Source: Chrysomallon squamiferum
Lineage: Eukaryota; Animalia; Mollusca
Assembly (NCBI GenBank): GCA_012295275.1
Contig: CM022679.1
Span: forward strand, 30,938,001-31,002,000
Length of the DNA: 64,000 nucleotides
Direction of reading: 5' to 3'
Shown here: one piece after another, positions 27,341 through 40,311 of the stretch
How positions within the stretch are numbered: position 1 is the first letter of the stretch
Layout: each line of letters opens with the position of its first letter
Made by a program: the position numbers and the translations under genes
The notes under the pieces: generated by a model
What the model was told of the DNA's origin: nothing
Databases searched by the model: none
What the model saw: the letters and a program-made list of their open reading frames with translations, nothing else

Positions 27341-29197
27341 AAAATTAAAACGAAACAAATAAAGTTAAATATAAAAAAGTCAGAAATAAGGACAGTAAAT
27401 ATGAAATGGTACATGTGTATATAGTTAGAATTATCTGATAAACACATGTATAATTTAACACATATACAACAGTAATAATATTCATATTTCAACACACATT
27501 TAATTACATCAAAAATAACAAAAATTATAATAATGATATTTTAAAATTAAAAATATTCTCCACAGTTGCTACAGTAAGAATGATTTTAATTCAAGTTGTG
27601 CAAAGTAATCTCTGATGTTTTATTTTTCAGTGTTGCACATGGATCAAAAGGAACCAAAGGTAAATAAACTTGCAGATGTTTTCTTTAATTTGGTTCCAGT
27701 CTTACTGTTGATGTACATGTTTGTAAACATTTTTCTTTAGGCTGATTATAATTAGTAAACTATGTTCTTTTTCACAGCCAGATACTTGAGACTCATTTTC
27801 ATAAATTCAGTTCTCTGTTTGTGATTGTCACAGTCTTTCAGGTTCTTGTTGTGTTGTGATCTTCTATCTTCTGGGACATCAGTTGATCACTCTAAAACCA
27901 AACCAAATAAATAGTATTTACATGGCTGACTAAATTATGTGACATTGACATTTTGATTTACAACTTTACACCAAGAATGGAAACTCCACACGTTTATACT
28001 ATTATTATTACATCTGGCTATTCAGATTGTTTATAGTTTGTAAGGGTCTATTTAATTCAAAAAATGATGTAGTTTTAATTGGTTTGAAGTGTTTATTAAT
28101 CTTAACTTGTCATCAGTAAATTTATAGTGATATTTATTTGGTGATTTTATTTATTTATTTATTTATTTTTTGTTTTAGTTCCAGGAAAGAAACATGATAG
28201 TCATAGACCACTAACTTGCTGGCCACCACCAAGTCCTGGTAGCCATGGTTACAGAGCCCCACCTCCACAGTCTTTCAGTCCCTTCGGCCCTCAGAACAGA
28301 TTCTCACCAAAACCATTTGTTTCTAAAAACACAAACAGTCAGCAACATGCTGCATCGCACACACGTTTCCCTCGGCATAAAGAAACTGGCAGAGCAGGCA
28401 TGCATCAGCAGCAGCAACAGCAGCAACAGCAAAGAGACAACTTCAGTTCCATAAATGAACCAAACGGCCATTCAGAATTTCAGCCACAACAACAACATCA
28501 ACATTACCGTCCACCACAGCAACATGAGTTTCCAAAGAATTTTGAAACTGATCAACGATATCCAAGATCTTCTGGGATACACCAACAGCCTTCAAGTCCA
28601 TTTAGGACAAACCAAGAACAAATTAGGCCTTTTGGTATGCACCAAAAACCTCCAGTACCTTTTGGGATGAACCAGGAATCTATGAGACCATATGGAGCGA
28701 ACTTGGAATCTAGGAGGCCTTTTGGTATGAACCAAGAACCAACAAGACCTTTTGGTATGAACCAAGAACCTACAAGACCTTTTGGAATGAACCAAGAACC
28801 TACAAGACCTTTTGGAATGAACCAAGAAGCTACACGGCCTTTTGGGATAAATCAGCAGCAGCAGTATCATTCCCCATCCACTGATCAGAACAATCAGTCT
28901 GGATTCTATTCCTCTGGTGACTCTCCTTCACAATCTCATCAGTGGACTCATTGTTCAGGAGGACCTGGGCCAAGACCTCAGACTGATGGAAGGAATACTT
29001 TTCCATCTAATTCAAACCAGCCATTTAGACCAAACATCGTTGACTCGAGGTTTATTCAGAACTGCAATGGCCAGTCGTCATTTGGTGGCCAGCCACGTTT
29101 TCAAGCTGGGCCATTTAAACAACCATTCAGACCAGGCATGTCATCTCCTGACCAGTTTCATAGTGGCAGACCTCCTTACATTAGGCCAAACAACTGA
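23101..29197 (+). CDS. NAF1: H/ACA ribonucleoprotein assembly factor NAF1; exons 23101-24332, 24565-24664, 25261-25354, 25666-25748, 26084-26244, 26577-26628, 27015-27154, 27631-27659, 28179-29197
   Basis: Gar1/Naf1 domain motifs ELPAIGELTI, VIEHNQELPPLDEDTILF, GQIFEVFGPVASPFYSVRFNS, IKGSDASWENNNEPP and EFSDDEDEK; acidic low-complexity N-terminus and P/Q-rich C-terminus; exon phases consistent throughout. Confidence 0.92.
23360..23630 (+). repeat. 27-bp coding minisatellite (GG(V/E/I)NMTTTD), ~10 copies, in NAF1 exon 1
   Basis: Visible in DNA and in ORF 23101..24336. Confidence 0.9.
28600..28860 (+). repeat. 30-bp coding minisatellite (RPFGMNQEPT), ~8 copies, in the NAF1 last exon
   Basis: Visible in DNA and in ORF 28400..29197. 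Confidence 0.9.
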
Positions 29198-29500
29198 AAT
29201 AATTTGATAGAGGCAGACCTTGTTCATTACACTAAATAAGTGAAATCATTGACAGTGGCAGTCCTCCTTTCACTGGACAATAAAATGAAGTCACTGATAA
29301 CAGTAAAACCTGCCTCTATGCTAGCAAACAATAATTAGAATAGCTGGTTGTGGCAAACGAGCTTAGACTAGACTGAACAGTGGCAGACCTCTTTATATTA
29401 GAACTAACAACCAAAATTATTGATAGTGGCAGACCTCCTCCTGTTATACCAAACATGAAATCATTGATTGTGGCAAAACTTTTACACTATACCAAACACA
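29157..29500 (+). repeat. Degenerate ~45-bp tandem repeat starting in the last NAF1 codons and running into the 3' UTR
   Basis: AGTGGCAGACCTC-like core recurs near 29162, 29209, 29254, 29350, 29379, 29425 and 29470. Confidence 0.7.
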
Positions 29501-31338
29501 GATTGAACAAAAGAAATCAGTAATAATGACAGGTTTATAATTGTACATCAACTTGTGCCAGCTGCATAGAAGCAAAGAATCAGATCTAATAAACCCTTGA
29601 TGGTGGCAGTATTTGAATTATTAAATGTGATTGGACTGATCCCTTCGTTAATGCAGATATTTGTATTTTATACATGATTAACTGAATTCATTAACATGGC
29701 AGCCGTAATACATGAACTGGGATGATGGTATCGGATGTCAGTTTGAACTATCAGAATGAGTTACATTGCAGTAATTATGACAGTACTGCTGAACTTGTAT
29801 AAAACAAAATGTATTGAATCTCATTCTGTTTTATCGAAAAAATTTGGTTTATATCTCATCCTTTGTTAATTAAAATTATGTACTTGAATTAATAAAAAAA
29901 TTTTGTTAATTGTTGTCGTTCGTTGATTTTTTCAAACGGCTGAATGAACTGGTTCTTACTTATTTTTTGAGAAAAACGACAAAATCTATTTACAGAACTC
30001 AAAAGAACTTCAAATCTTTTATTATTTTCTTTAAAGCTTTGATGTTTTTATATTCGTATTTATTATTATTATTTTTTATTTTTTTATTATGTTTTTTTAT
30101 TTGTTTATGGAAATGCAATACATTTATATTGACCCTTATTTCTGAATGATATGTCAAAAGTCTGGCATATGTTATCCATTAGGAAGGTGAGGATAGTGGA
30201 TGTCATTAGCAGAAAGGTTTTCTAAGATACTGTTACGAAAACACCACTTAGTAATGTTAATATAAAAGGTATTTTGTTGTCAAACGTACTCGTTTATTAA
30301 TAATAAATACAGTATACAAAACAAAATTAATACGACCAAGATCCAAATATTTTTTTATTATTAAAAAAATAAAAATAAATAAATAATAATAATAATAATA
30401 TATAAAAAAAAATTAAAAATAAAATAGTCATTTCAGTAAGATGCTTTCACATTTGTAACAATACGTGTCAGTGAGGTTTAGTTATCAGCACTATTTATAA
30501 AGTCTCGTGATTAAAAGGTAAATCTTTATTAGGCTATCTTCAGACGTCTTCACTGTGATCTCAGCTGGAGAAACTTTATCTGTTTACAAGCGACGCTCGA
30601 AGATAACCAGATACATTATCGTGAGAAAGTAAAAATACCTCTCTGTTCACTGGGAATTGTAAACCTACAAAGGGAAATAATCCATGTTCACGGTGGAGTT
30701 TTATTTAAAGTTTTTAATTTAAAGTTAACTGAAAATATTTCTAAATGACTCTAATAACACTGGAAATAACAGCAGTAGTGTCATTGTTTAAAGAAAAGAA
30801 TCTCTTATGAACCATACGCCTAAATAATAATGTTAATAACATTAATAAAAATAATAAAAATTCATTTTGTTTATGAACGTTGTTAAATATGTGTTAATAT
30901 TGAAATTAATAATAATGTATTCAATCATTCTTTCACAGCCCCCACCCAGAAAAATGAAGAAGAAGAAGAAGAAAAAACAAAAACAAACACAAACAAACCG
31001 TAATGCATTTGCAACCAATAATAATAATTAATAACAAAGAAGATTGCTTTACAGAACAATTTAAAAGATTTCTCTGACTCTCCTACTTTTTACAAAATAT
31101 AGCGACTGTTATATACATGTAAATAAATAAATAAATGAATAAATAAATAAACACATGGCTATGATGATACTAATGAATACTTACTTTATTGTAGATTAAT
31201 ATCTAGAGGTGAACTGTTTGATCTTTGATTAATACTGCTCTTGATGATAGTAACCGAATTACTAAGATGAGACGTACTGATAAAGGAGTCGAGTTATCAT
31301 CTATTTTGAAATATTACTCAGATTTTTAAAGCTGAAAG

Positions 31339-31825
31339 ATGGCTTGGACGTTGTGTTCGTTGTGTTCATTAATTCTTATTTTGTGCTTTTTTCAGGTATA
31401 ATATTTATTAAGGTTTTTTTTATTATTTTTTTTTAAAGTTTAAATTTCATTGTACTCTTTTTATTATTTATTTTTTTTCTGTTTTTATTAATTTATTGTA
31501 TTATTATTAATATCGTCATTATTATTTATAGCTCCGTTTTCTCATTTTTTCTTGTATGTACTTATAGCTATAACAAAAGAGCAAATTATATTACTTAAAT
31601 TATATTATCAGTATCGTTTTTAAAATAGTGTTAACATAAAAGATAATAACTAAATTAATGACATTTTTATATTTTAGGTGTGTGATGGTGGAGGGACTCT
31701 AGAAATACAGTTAGTAAAATACGTCAGACAAACAGAGTTTGGATGTGAATCTGATTTTAGCGGACACTGTAATCCAGTTTTTAAAATCTGTTTTAAATAT
31801 TTAAAACCTACTGGGTGGTAAGTGT

Positions 31826-31870
<45 letters not shown>

Positions 31871-31893
31871 GTAATAATAATAATAATAATAAC

Positions 31894-31930
<37 letters not shown>

Positions 31931-32119
31931 ATACCAACAACATAAACAATATAATACTAATACTAATAGTAGGAAAGGGATAGAAGAAATAATAACAATA
32001 ATAAAGATGATAATAGTAATTATACATTATGGTAATGGAAATACATAAAAGTTAATTACAATTTTATATGAAAACACAACCTTTAAGAACATTTTAAATA
32101 GCAACAACATCCTGTTATT

Positions 32120-32164
<45 letters not shown>

Positions 32165-32962
32165 TAAATTTAATTCCTAACAGGAAAATAATTTACGATA
32201 TTTTAATTTTAAATTTTCCATGAATTTTCTTTTACCAGTTCACAGATGTCTTTGTTTTTAATGTTCCTATTTTTCATAACAGTCTATTTTTATGTTTATA
32301 AACAGGAATAAAGATGGCTGTAAAACGTCAAAAGCTTACAGTAACAAACAGGAAATTACGTTTGGAAATGACATCAAAGGAATTCACAATCCAGTCAAGA
32401 TTCCAGTGACGTCACCAATACAGGTAAGTAACAATTATCTAAGCAGTAAAACTAAAATACAAAAAAAATGCCATTGGTATTTAAACTATTTCAACAAGCT
32501 GATACTTTGTAAACGCATAATTTTACTGCAGAAATTAAAGAAAAAAACCCCCAAACAAACAAAACAAACAACAACACAAAAAAGAAAAAGAAAACAAAAA
32601 CAAACAAGAAGAAAAACCCCAAACAAACACAGACAACAGCAACAAAACAAAACAATTGGAAATAAATATAACTGTAAGTAAATGTCCATCATTAAGACAA
32701 CAGCTTTTCTAGAGTAAAGTAATTATTACATTTTACGAGTATCTGACAGAAAGATCTTAAAACATTTTCTTTCTGTCTTTGAAGCATTATGCTTGTAAAT
32801 AATATATAATTACATTCATCTCGGATATCGTAATTATCAGATATGGCAATTACTGATATTAACACTTAGTGAATGTAAATACTCAATGATAATGTTATCC
32901 ATGAAAGGATTATAAGTTAAAACATATTACACAAATCACAAAATGATGATGATGATGATGAT

Positions 32963-32996
<34 letters not shown>

Positions 32997-35900
32997 TGAT
33001 TTAAACTGTCGATGTCTACATAATGTTTACATTTCAGACACGTGCTAGTGTAAATGTCAGTGTCACTCAGTCTGCTGGTTTTGGCGCATTTAAGTCAACT
33101 TTGGGAAAATACGTTTTAAACATTCGTGGAAAAGGAAATTCAACGGGAAAATTATACACGATTACTGATGACAATCACGAACATTCTACGTTAGTAAGAA
33201 TATCTCCATCATCAGTTATTATTGTAATTATTATTATCATTATCATCATTATGATTGTCATTATTATGATTATAAATGTTTTTATATCATTGTTATTTTG
33301 TAGTTGTATTGTTGTAGTTTTGTTAATAATATCATTATTTTAATTTAATTTTATTTTTATCATCTATTATTATTATTATTTATTATTATTATAATAATTG
33401 TTGTTGTTATTGTTGTTATTATGCCGTTTGTTATAATTATATTATGATTTTATTATTAGTAGTAGTTTTACTAATCAGTATCTTTATTAGTCATTATTTT
33501 TCAACAATAATCATCATCATTTTAATTATTATTATTATTATTAATATTATTTTCTTGTTATTATTATTATAGTATTATTGTCATTATTATTCTCATTATC
33601 ATCGTCATTATCATCATCTTGGTCATCATCATCATCATTGTTATTGTGTTATTATATTTCAGTTTGATTATAAAACTAAAACTGACGTGTAATGACGACT
33701 ACTACGGCACTGACTGTGACGTCCACTGTCCAGCACCACGCCCAACTGACCACTACAGTTGTAATTCAACCACTGGTCAGAAGCAGTGTAAACCTGGTCA
33801 GTATATGCTTAAATGTAAGACAGCGAATGAATGACAATATATTGGAACTGGAACTGGAAAAAATTTAACGTGCTAATAAGAGCGAGATGTTGTGAAGCAC
33901 GTCCACGACAGGCATGCTTTCTGACAGGCCAGCGTGCGTGTCTGTCGCAATGAATATATATATATATACATACATACCTACATACACATATAGATAAAAC
34001 ATTGTTATCTTCTTCTGGTCAATGTTCCATGACAGGTTTTAGAAATTTAAATGCATCCCAGACTTTTTATCAAACTTTAAGCAGTTTGGACTAAAGTCGT
34101 TTCTGAAACACCTTTGCCGTCCGTCCCTGGTTATCAGGATTCGAACTTAACTTTTTTTTCACTGGTAGCCGCCAGGGTCAGTCACAGAGATGCCAGGCTG
34201 CCAAATCTGATACCCTTCAGTAAGAATTTCTAGCACCATAATAACGTTTTGTACCCTTCATCATATGATACTTTTTTCATCGCACATGGAAAGAAAACAT
34301 AGCATTTTGTTTTTCTTCACTGAACCTCCCCCATTCAATTTCCTTTTTCCGACGACGGAACGAAAACTCTTGGCCATTAATTGTAGTGTATTTCACAGCT
34401 TTTTTCTTCTTTCTTTTGTTTCCATTTTCCACCACTCTGCACCTAAACGATGGACAATCGCTTGAAATGAGCATTATATACAGCCTTGTTCTAAATACAT
34501 ATGCAAAGCTAATTTCCCCAATACATACATATATACATACACATATACATACATACACACACACATACATACACACATACATACATACATACATACATAC
34601 ACACATACATACTTACATACATACACTTTTTCTTTTCTCATTCCTTCTTGGGGAAAATGGTTTTTCATTATAATATAAAAGACCTGCTTGATTATAATGT
34701 TCCATAAATAATTAAATGAAATAAATGAGGATATGATTTATGAAATCCATGCAAACAATAAAAAAAAAACCCAAAACAACAAACAAACAAACAAAAACAA
34801 CAACAACACCAGAACAGTATCTGAAATGGCCATACAAAAATATATTATATCCATTAGAATATTTGAATTTTTGAATTTTTTTTTTATTTTTTTTTTATTT
34901 TATTTTTTTTATTTCAGGTTACACTGGAAGTTCGTGTACAAAACAAACAACGTCATCATGTGATTGTAAAAATGGCGGGAAATGTTTATCTCACGATTGC
35001 CAGTGTTTGTCAGGATTTACAGGAAAACAGTGCGAGATTACTGTTTGCGACAATTCAACGTGTCGAAATGGGGTTAGCCTTTTGCTTTATACATTTATAC
35101 ATTCAGTTTTGCTATATTCTTATATTTAGGATAAAAACAAAAACAATTAAATAATGAAATATATAATAATTAAAATGACTTATATTAAAAATAATCGGTC
35201 AGTGTATTGGTGCAATGAAATGTATATACAAAAACCTATATATGCATACATACATACATACATACATACATACATACATACATACAAACATGCATACATC
35301 CATCCATAATCTCATACATACATACATACACAAAGAACATTTTTACATACATACCAACATATATACTACATACATATACATATACATACATACAGAAATA
35401 TATATACACAAATGAAAATATATTCAAACACACATATACACATACATATACGCAAACATACACATACAAATATACAATTTGAAATAAAATCTATACACAT
35501 TATATCTATTATTACAAAACAATTCTATTTCATTTTGTTTTCCTAGGGAAAATGCCACATGAAACAAAATAATTATACATGTGAATGTGAAAAGGGATAC
35601 ACCGGCAAAAACTGCGAAAATGACATCAACGAATGTTTAATTAATCCATGCCAGCATAACGGAACATGCAGAAATCGGAATGGTTCCTATTCATGTGACT
35701 GTAAACATGGATACACTGGTACAAACTGTGAAACTGACGTCAACGAATGTACATCTAAACCATGCAAACATAGAGGAACATGCAGAAATGTACCTGGTAG
35801 TTACTTATGTGACTGTAAACAAGGATACACTGGTACAAACTGTCAAACTGACATCAATGAATGTGCATCTAATCCATGCAAGCATAAAGGAAATTGCACA

Positions 35901-38900
35901 AATCTTCTCGGTTCTTATTCATGCCAATGTAAACAAGGATACACTGGTACAAACTGTGAAACTGACGTCAACGAATGTACATCTAATCCATGCAAGCATG
36001 ATGGAAATTGCACAAATCTTCTTGGTTCTTATTCATGTGACTGTAAACAAGGATACACTGGTACAAACTGTCAAACTGACATCAACGAATGTGCATCTAA
36101 TCCATGCATGCATGATGGTAATTGCAGAAATGTTGTCGGTTCTTATTCGTGTCACTGTAAAGAAGGATACACTGGTACAAACTGTCAAACTGACATTAAT
36201 GAATGTTTAACTAATCCATGCAAACATAATGGAACATGCATCAATGGAGTTGGTTCCTATTCGTGTGACTGTAAACACGGATACACTGGTACAAACTGTG
36301 AAACTGACGTCAACGAATGTACATCTAATCCATGCAAACATAGAGGAACATGCAGAAATGTACCTGGTAGTTATTTATGTGACTGTAAACAAGGATACAC
36401 TGGTACAAACTGTCAAACTGATATCAATGAATGTTTAACTAATCCATGCAAGCATAACGGAAGATGCAGAAATCGGGTTGGTTCCTATTCATGTGACTGT
36501 AAACACGGATACACTGGCACAAACTGTGAAACTGACGTCAACGAATGTGCATCTAATCCATGCAAACATAGAGGAACATGCAGAAATGTACCTGGTAGTT
36601 ATTTATGTGACTGTAAACAAGGATACACTGGTACAAACTGTCAAACTGACATCAATGAATGTTTAACTAATCCATGTAAGCATAACGGAACATGCAGAAA
36701 TCGGGTTGGTTCCTATTCATGTGACTGTAAACACGGATACACTGGTACAAACTGTGAAACTGACGTCAACGAATGTACATCTAATCCATGCAAACACAGG
36801 GGAACATGCAGAAATGTACCTGGTAGTTATTTATGTGACTGTAAACAAGGATACACTGGTACAAACTGTGAAACTGACATTAATGAATGTTTAACTAATC
36901 CGTGCCAGCATAATGGAACATGCATCAATGGAGTTGGTTCCTATTCGTGTGACTGTAAACACGGATACACTGGTACAAACTGTGAAACTGACGTCAACGA
37001 ATGTACATCTAATCCATGCAAACACAGGGGAACATGCAGAAATGTACCTGGTAGTTACTTATGTGACTGTAAACAAGGATACACTGGTACAAACTGTCAA
37101 ACTGACATCAACGAATGTGCATCTAATCCATGCATGCATGATGGTAATTGCAGAAATGTTGTCGGTTCTTATTCGTGTCACTGTAGAGAAGGATACACTG
37201 GTACAAACTGTCAAACTGACATTAATGAATGTTTAACTAATCCATGCCAGCATAATGGAACATGCATCAATGGAGTTGGTTCCTATTCGTGTGACTGTAA
37301 ACACGGATACACTGGTACAAACTGTGAAACTGACGTCAACGAATGTACATCTAATCCATGCAAACATAGAGGAACATGCAGAAATGTACCTGGTAGTTAT
37401 TTATGTGACTGTAAACAAGGATACACTGGTACAAACTGTCAAACTGATATCAATGAATGTTCAAGTAATCCATGCAAGCATAACGGAACATGCAGAAATC
37501 GGGTTGGTTCCTATTCCTGTGACTGTAAACACGGATACACTGGTACAAACTGTGAAACTGATGTCAACGAATGTAGATCTAATCCATGCAAACACAGGGG
37601 AACATGCAGAAATGTACCTGGTAGTTACTTATGTGACTGTAAACAAGGATACACTGGTACAAACTGTCAAACTGACATCAATGAATGCGCATCTAATCCA
37701 TGCAAGCATGATGGAAATTGCACAAATCTTGTCGGTTCTTATTCATGCCAATGTAAACAAGGATACACTGGTACAAACTGTGAAACTGACGTCAACGAAT
37801 GTACATCTAATCCATGCAAGCATGATGGAAATTGCACAAATCTTCTTGGTTCTTATTCATGTCACTGTAAAGAAGGATACACTGGTACAAACTGTGAAAC
37901 TGATGTCAACGAATGTACATCTAATCCATGCAAGCATGATGGAAATTGCACAAATCTTCTTGGTTCTTATTCATGTCACTGTAAAGAAGGATACACTGGT
38001 ACAAACTGTGAAACTGATGTCAACGAATGTACATCTAAACCATGCAAACATAGGGGAACATGCAGAAATGTATCTGGTAGTTACTTATGTGACTGTAAAC
38101 ACGGATACACTGGCACAAACTGTGAAACTGACGTCAACGAATGTACATCCAATCCTAATCCATGCAAACATAGGGGAACATGCAGAAATGTACCTGGTAG
38201 TTACTTATGTGACTGTAAACAAGGATACACTGGTACAAACTGTCAAACTGACATCAATGAATGTGCATCTAATCCATGCAAGCATGATGGAAATTGCACA
38301 AATCTTGTCGGTTCTTATTCATGCCAATGTAAACAAGGATACTCTGGTACAAACTGTGAAACGGACGTCAACGAATGTACATCTAATCCATGCAAGCATG
38401 ATGGAAATTGCACAAATCTTCTTGGTTCTTATTCATGTCACTGTAAAGAAGGATACACTGGTACAAACTGTGAAACTGACATCAATGAATGTGAATCTAA
38501 TCCATGCATGCATGATGGTAATTGCAGAAATGTTGTCGGTTCTTATTCGTGTCACTGTAAAGAAGGATACACTGGTACAAACTGTGAAACTGACATTAAT
38601 GAATGTTTAACTAATCCATGCCAGCATAATGGAACATGCATCAATGGAGTTGGTTCCTATTCGTGTGACTGTAAACACGGATACACTGGTACAAACTGTG
38701 AAACTGACGTCAACGAATGTACATCTAATCCATGCAAACATAGAGGAACATGCAGAAATGTACCTGGTAGTTATTTATGTGACTGTAAACAAGGATACAC
38801 TGGTACAAACTGTCAAACTGATATCAATGAATGTTCAACTAATCCATGCAAGCATAACGGAACATGCAGAAATCGGGTTGGTTCCTATTCGTGTGACTGT

Positions 38901-40245
38901 AAACAAGGATACACTGGTACAAACTGTCAAACTGACATCAATGAATGTGCATCTAATCCATGCAAGCATTATGGAAATTGCACAAATCTTGTCGGTTCTT
39001 ATTCATGCCAATGTAAACAAGGATACACTGGTACAAACTGTGAAACGGACGTCAACGAATGTACATCTAATCCATGCAAGCATGATGGAAATTGCACAAA
39101 TCTTCTTGGTTCTTATTCATGTCACTGTAAAGAAGGATACACTAGTACAAACTGTGAAACTGACATCAATGAATGTGAATCTAATCCATGCATGCATGAT
39201 GGTAATTGCAGAAATGTTGTCGGTTCTTATTCGTGTCACTGTAAAGAAGGATACACTGGTACAAACTGTGAAACTGACATCAATGAATGTGCATCTAATC
39301 CATGCAAGCATGATGGAAATTGCACAAATCTTGTCGGTTCTTATTCATGCCAATGTAAACAAGGATACTCTGGTACAAACTGTGAAAAACGGACGTCAAC
39401 GAATGTACATCTAATCCATGCAAGAATGATGGAAATTGCACAAATCTTCTTGGTTCTTATTCATGTCACTGTAAAGAAGGATACACTAGTACAAACTGTG
39501 AAACTGACATCAATGAATGTGAATCTAATCCATGCATGCATGATGGTAATTGCAGAAATGTTGTCGGTTCTTATTCGTGTCACTGTAAAGAAGGATACAC
39601 TGGTACAAACTGTGAAACTGACATTAATGAATGTTTAACTAATCCATGCCAGCATAATGGAACATGCATCAATGGAGTTGGTTCCTATTCGTGTGACTGT
39701 AAACACGGATACACTGGTACAAACTGTGAAACTGACGTCAACGAATGTACATCTAATCCATGCAAACATAGAGGAACATGCAGAAATGTACCTGGTAGTT
39801 ATTTATGTGACTGTAAACAAGGATATACTGGTATAAACTGTCAAACTGATATCAATGAATGCGCATCAAATCCATGCAAACATAACGGAACATGTCTAAA
39901 TTCGTTTGGTTCCTATTCATGTCGCTGTAAAGAAAGATACACTGGTACAAAGTGTGAAACTGCCACCAGTCATTGTACATCTAATCCATGTCTTAATAAT
40001 GGATCATGTGTAGACGATATTTATAGATATTTCTGCAAATGTCCTCTGGGTTTTAGTGGAAGAAACTGTGAAAGTGATATTGCTGAGTGTAATTCTAACA
40101 GGTGCAATGGTACAAGAAACATTACGTCTACATCTGTTAGACCTGATGCTTCAAAGTTATCAGAAATGATCAGTAAGTTATTTAAAAAAAAATTATATTG
40201 ATTTATTCTTTATTTCTTTATTTATTTCTTTCTTTCTTTCTTTTT

Positions 40246-40311
<66 letters not shown>

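Noticed and set aside
28245-29207. ORFs 28245, 28455, 28592(-) and 28917 within the NAF1 last exon
   Set aside because: Off-frame or antisense shadows of a repetitive coding exon.
35680-39414. Long alternative-frame ORFs (up to 451 aa) over the EGF array, and 49206..49844 in paralog B
   Set aside because: Shadow frames. EGF codons rarely create stops in the +1 frame, and tandem repetition propagates the open frame; they break wherever TGT TTA A occurs.
35559-40201. Calling paralog A a Notch receptor or fibropellin because of ~40 EGF repeats
   Set aside because: No LNR, ankyrin, CUB or avidin domains; the N-terminus is C2/DSL-like and the tail is only ~50 aa.
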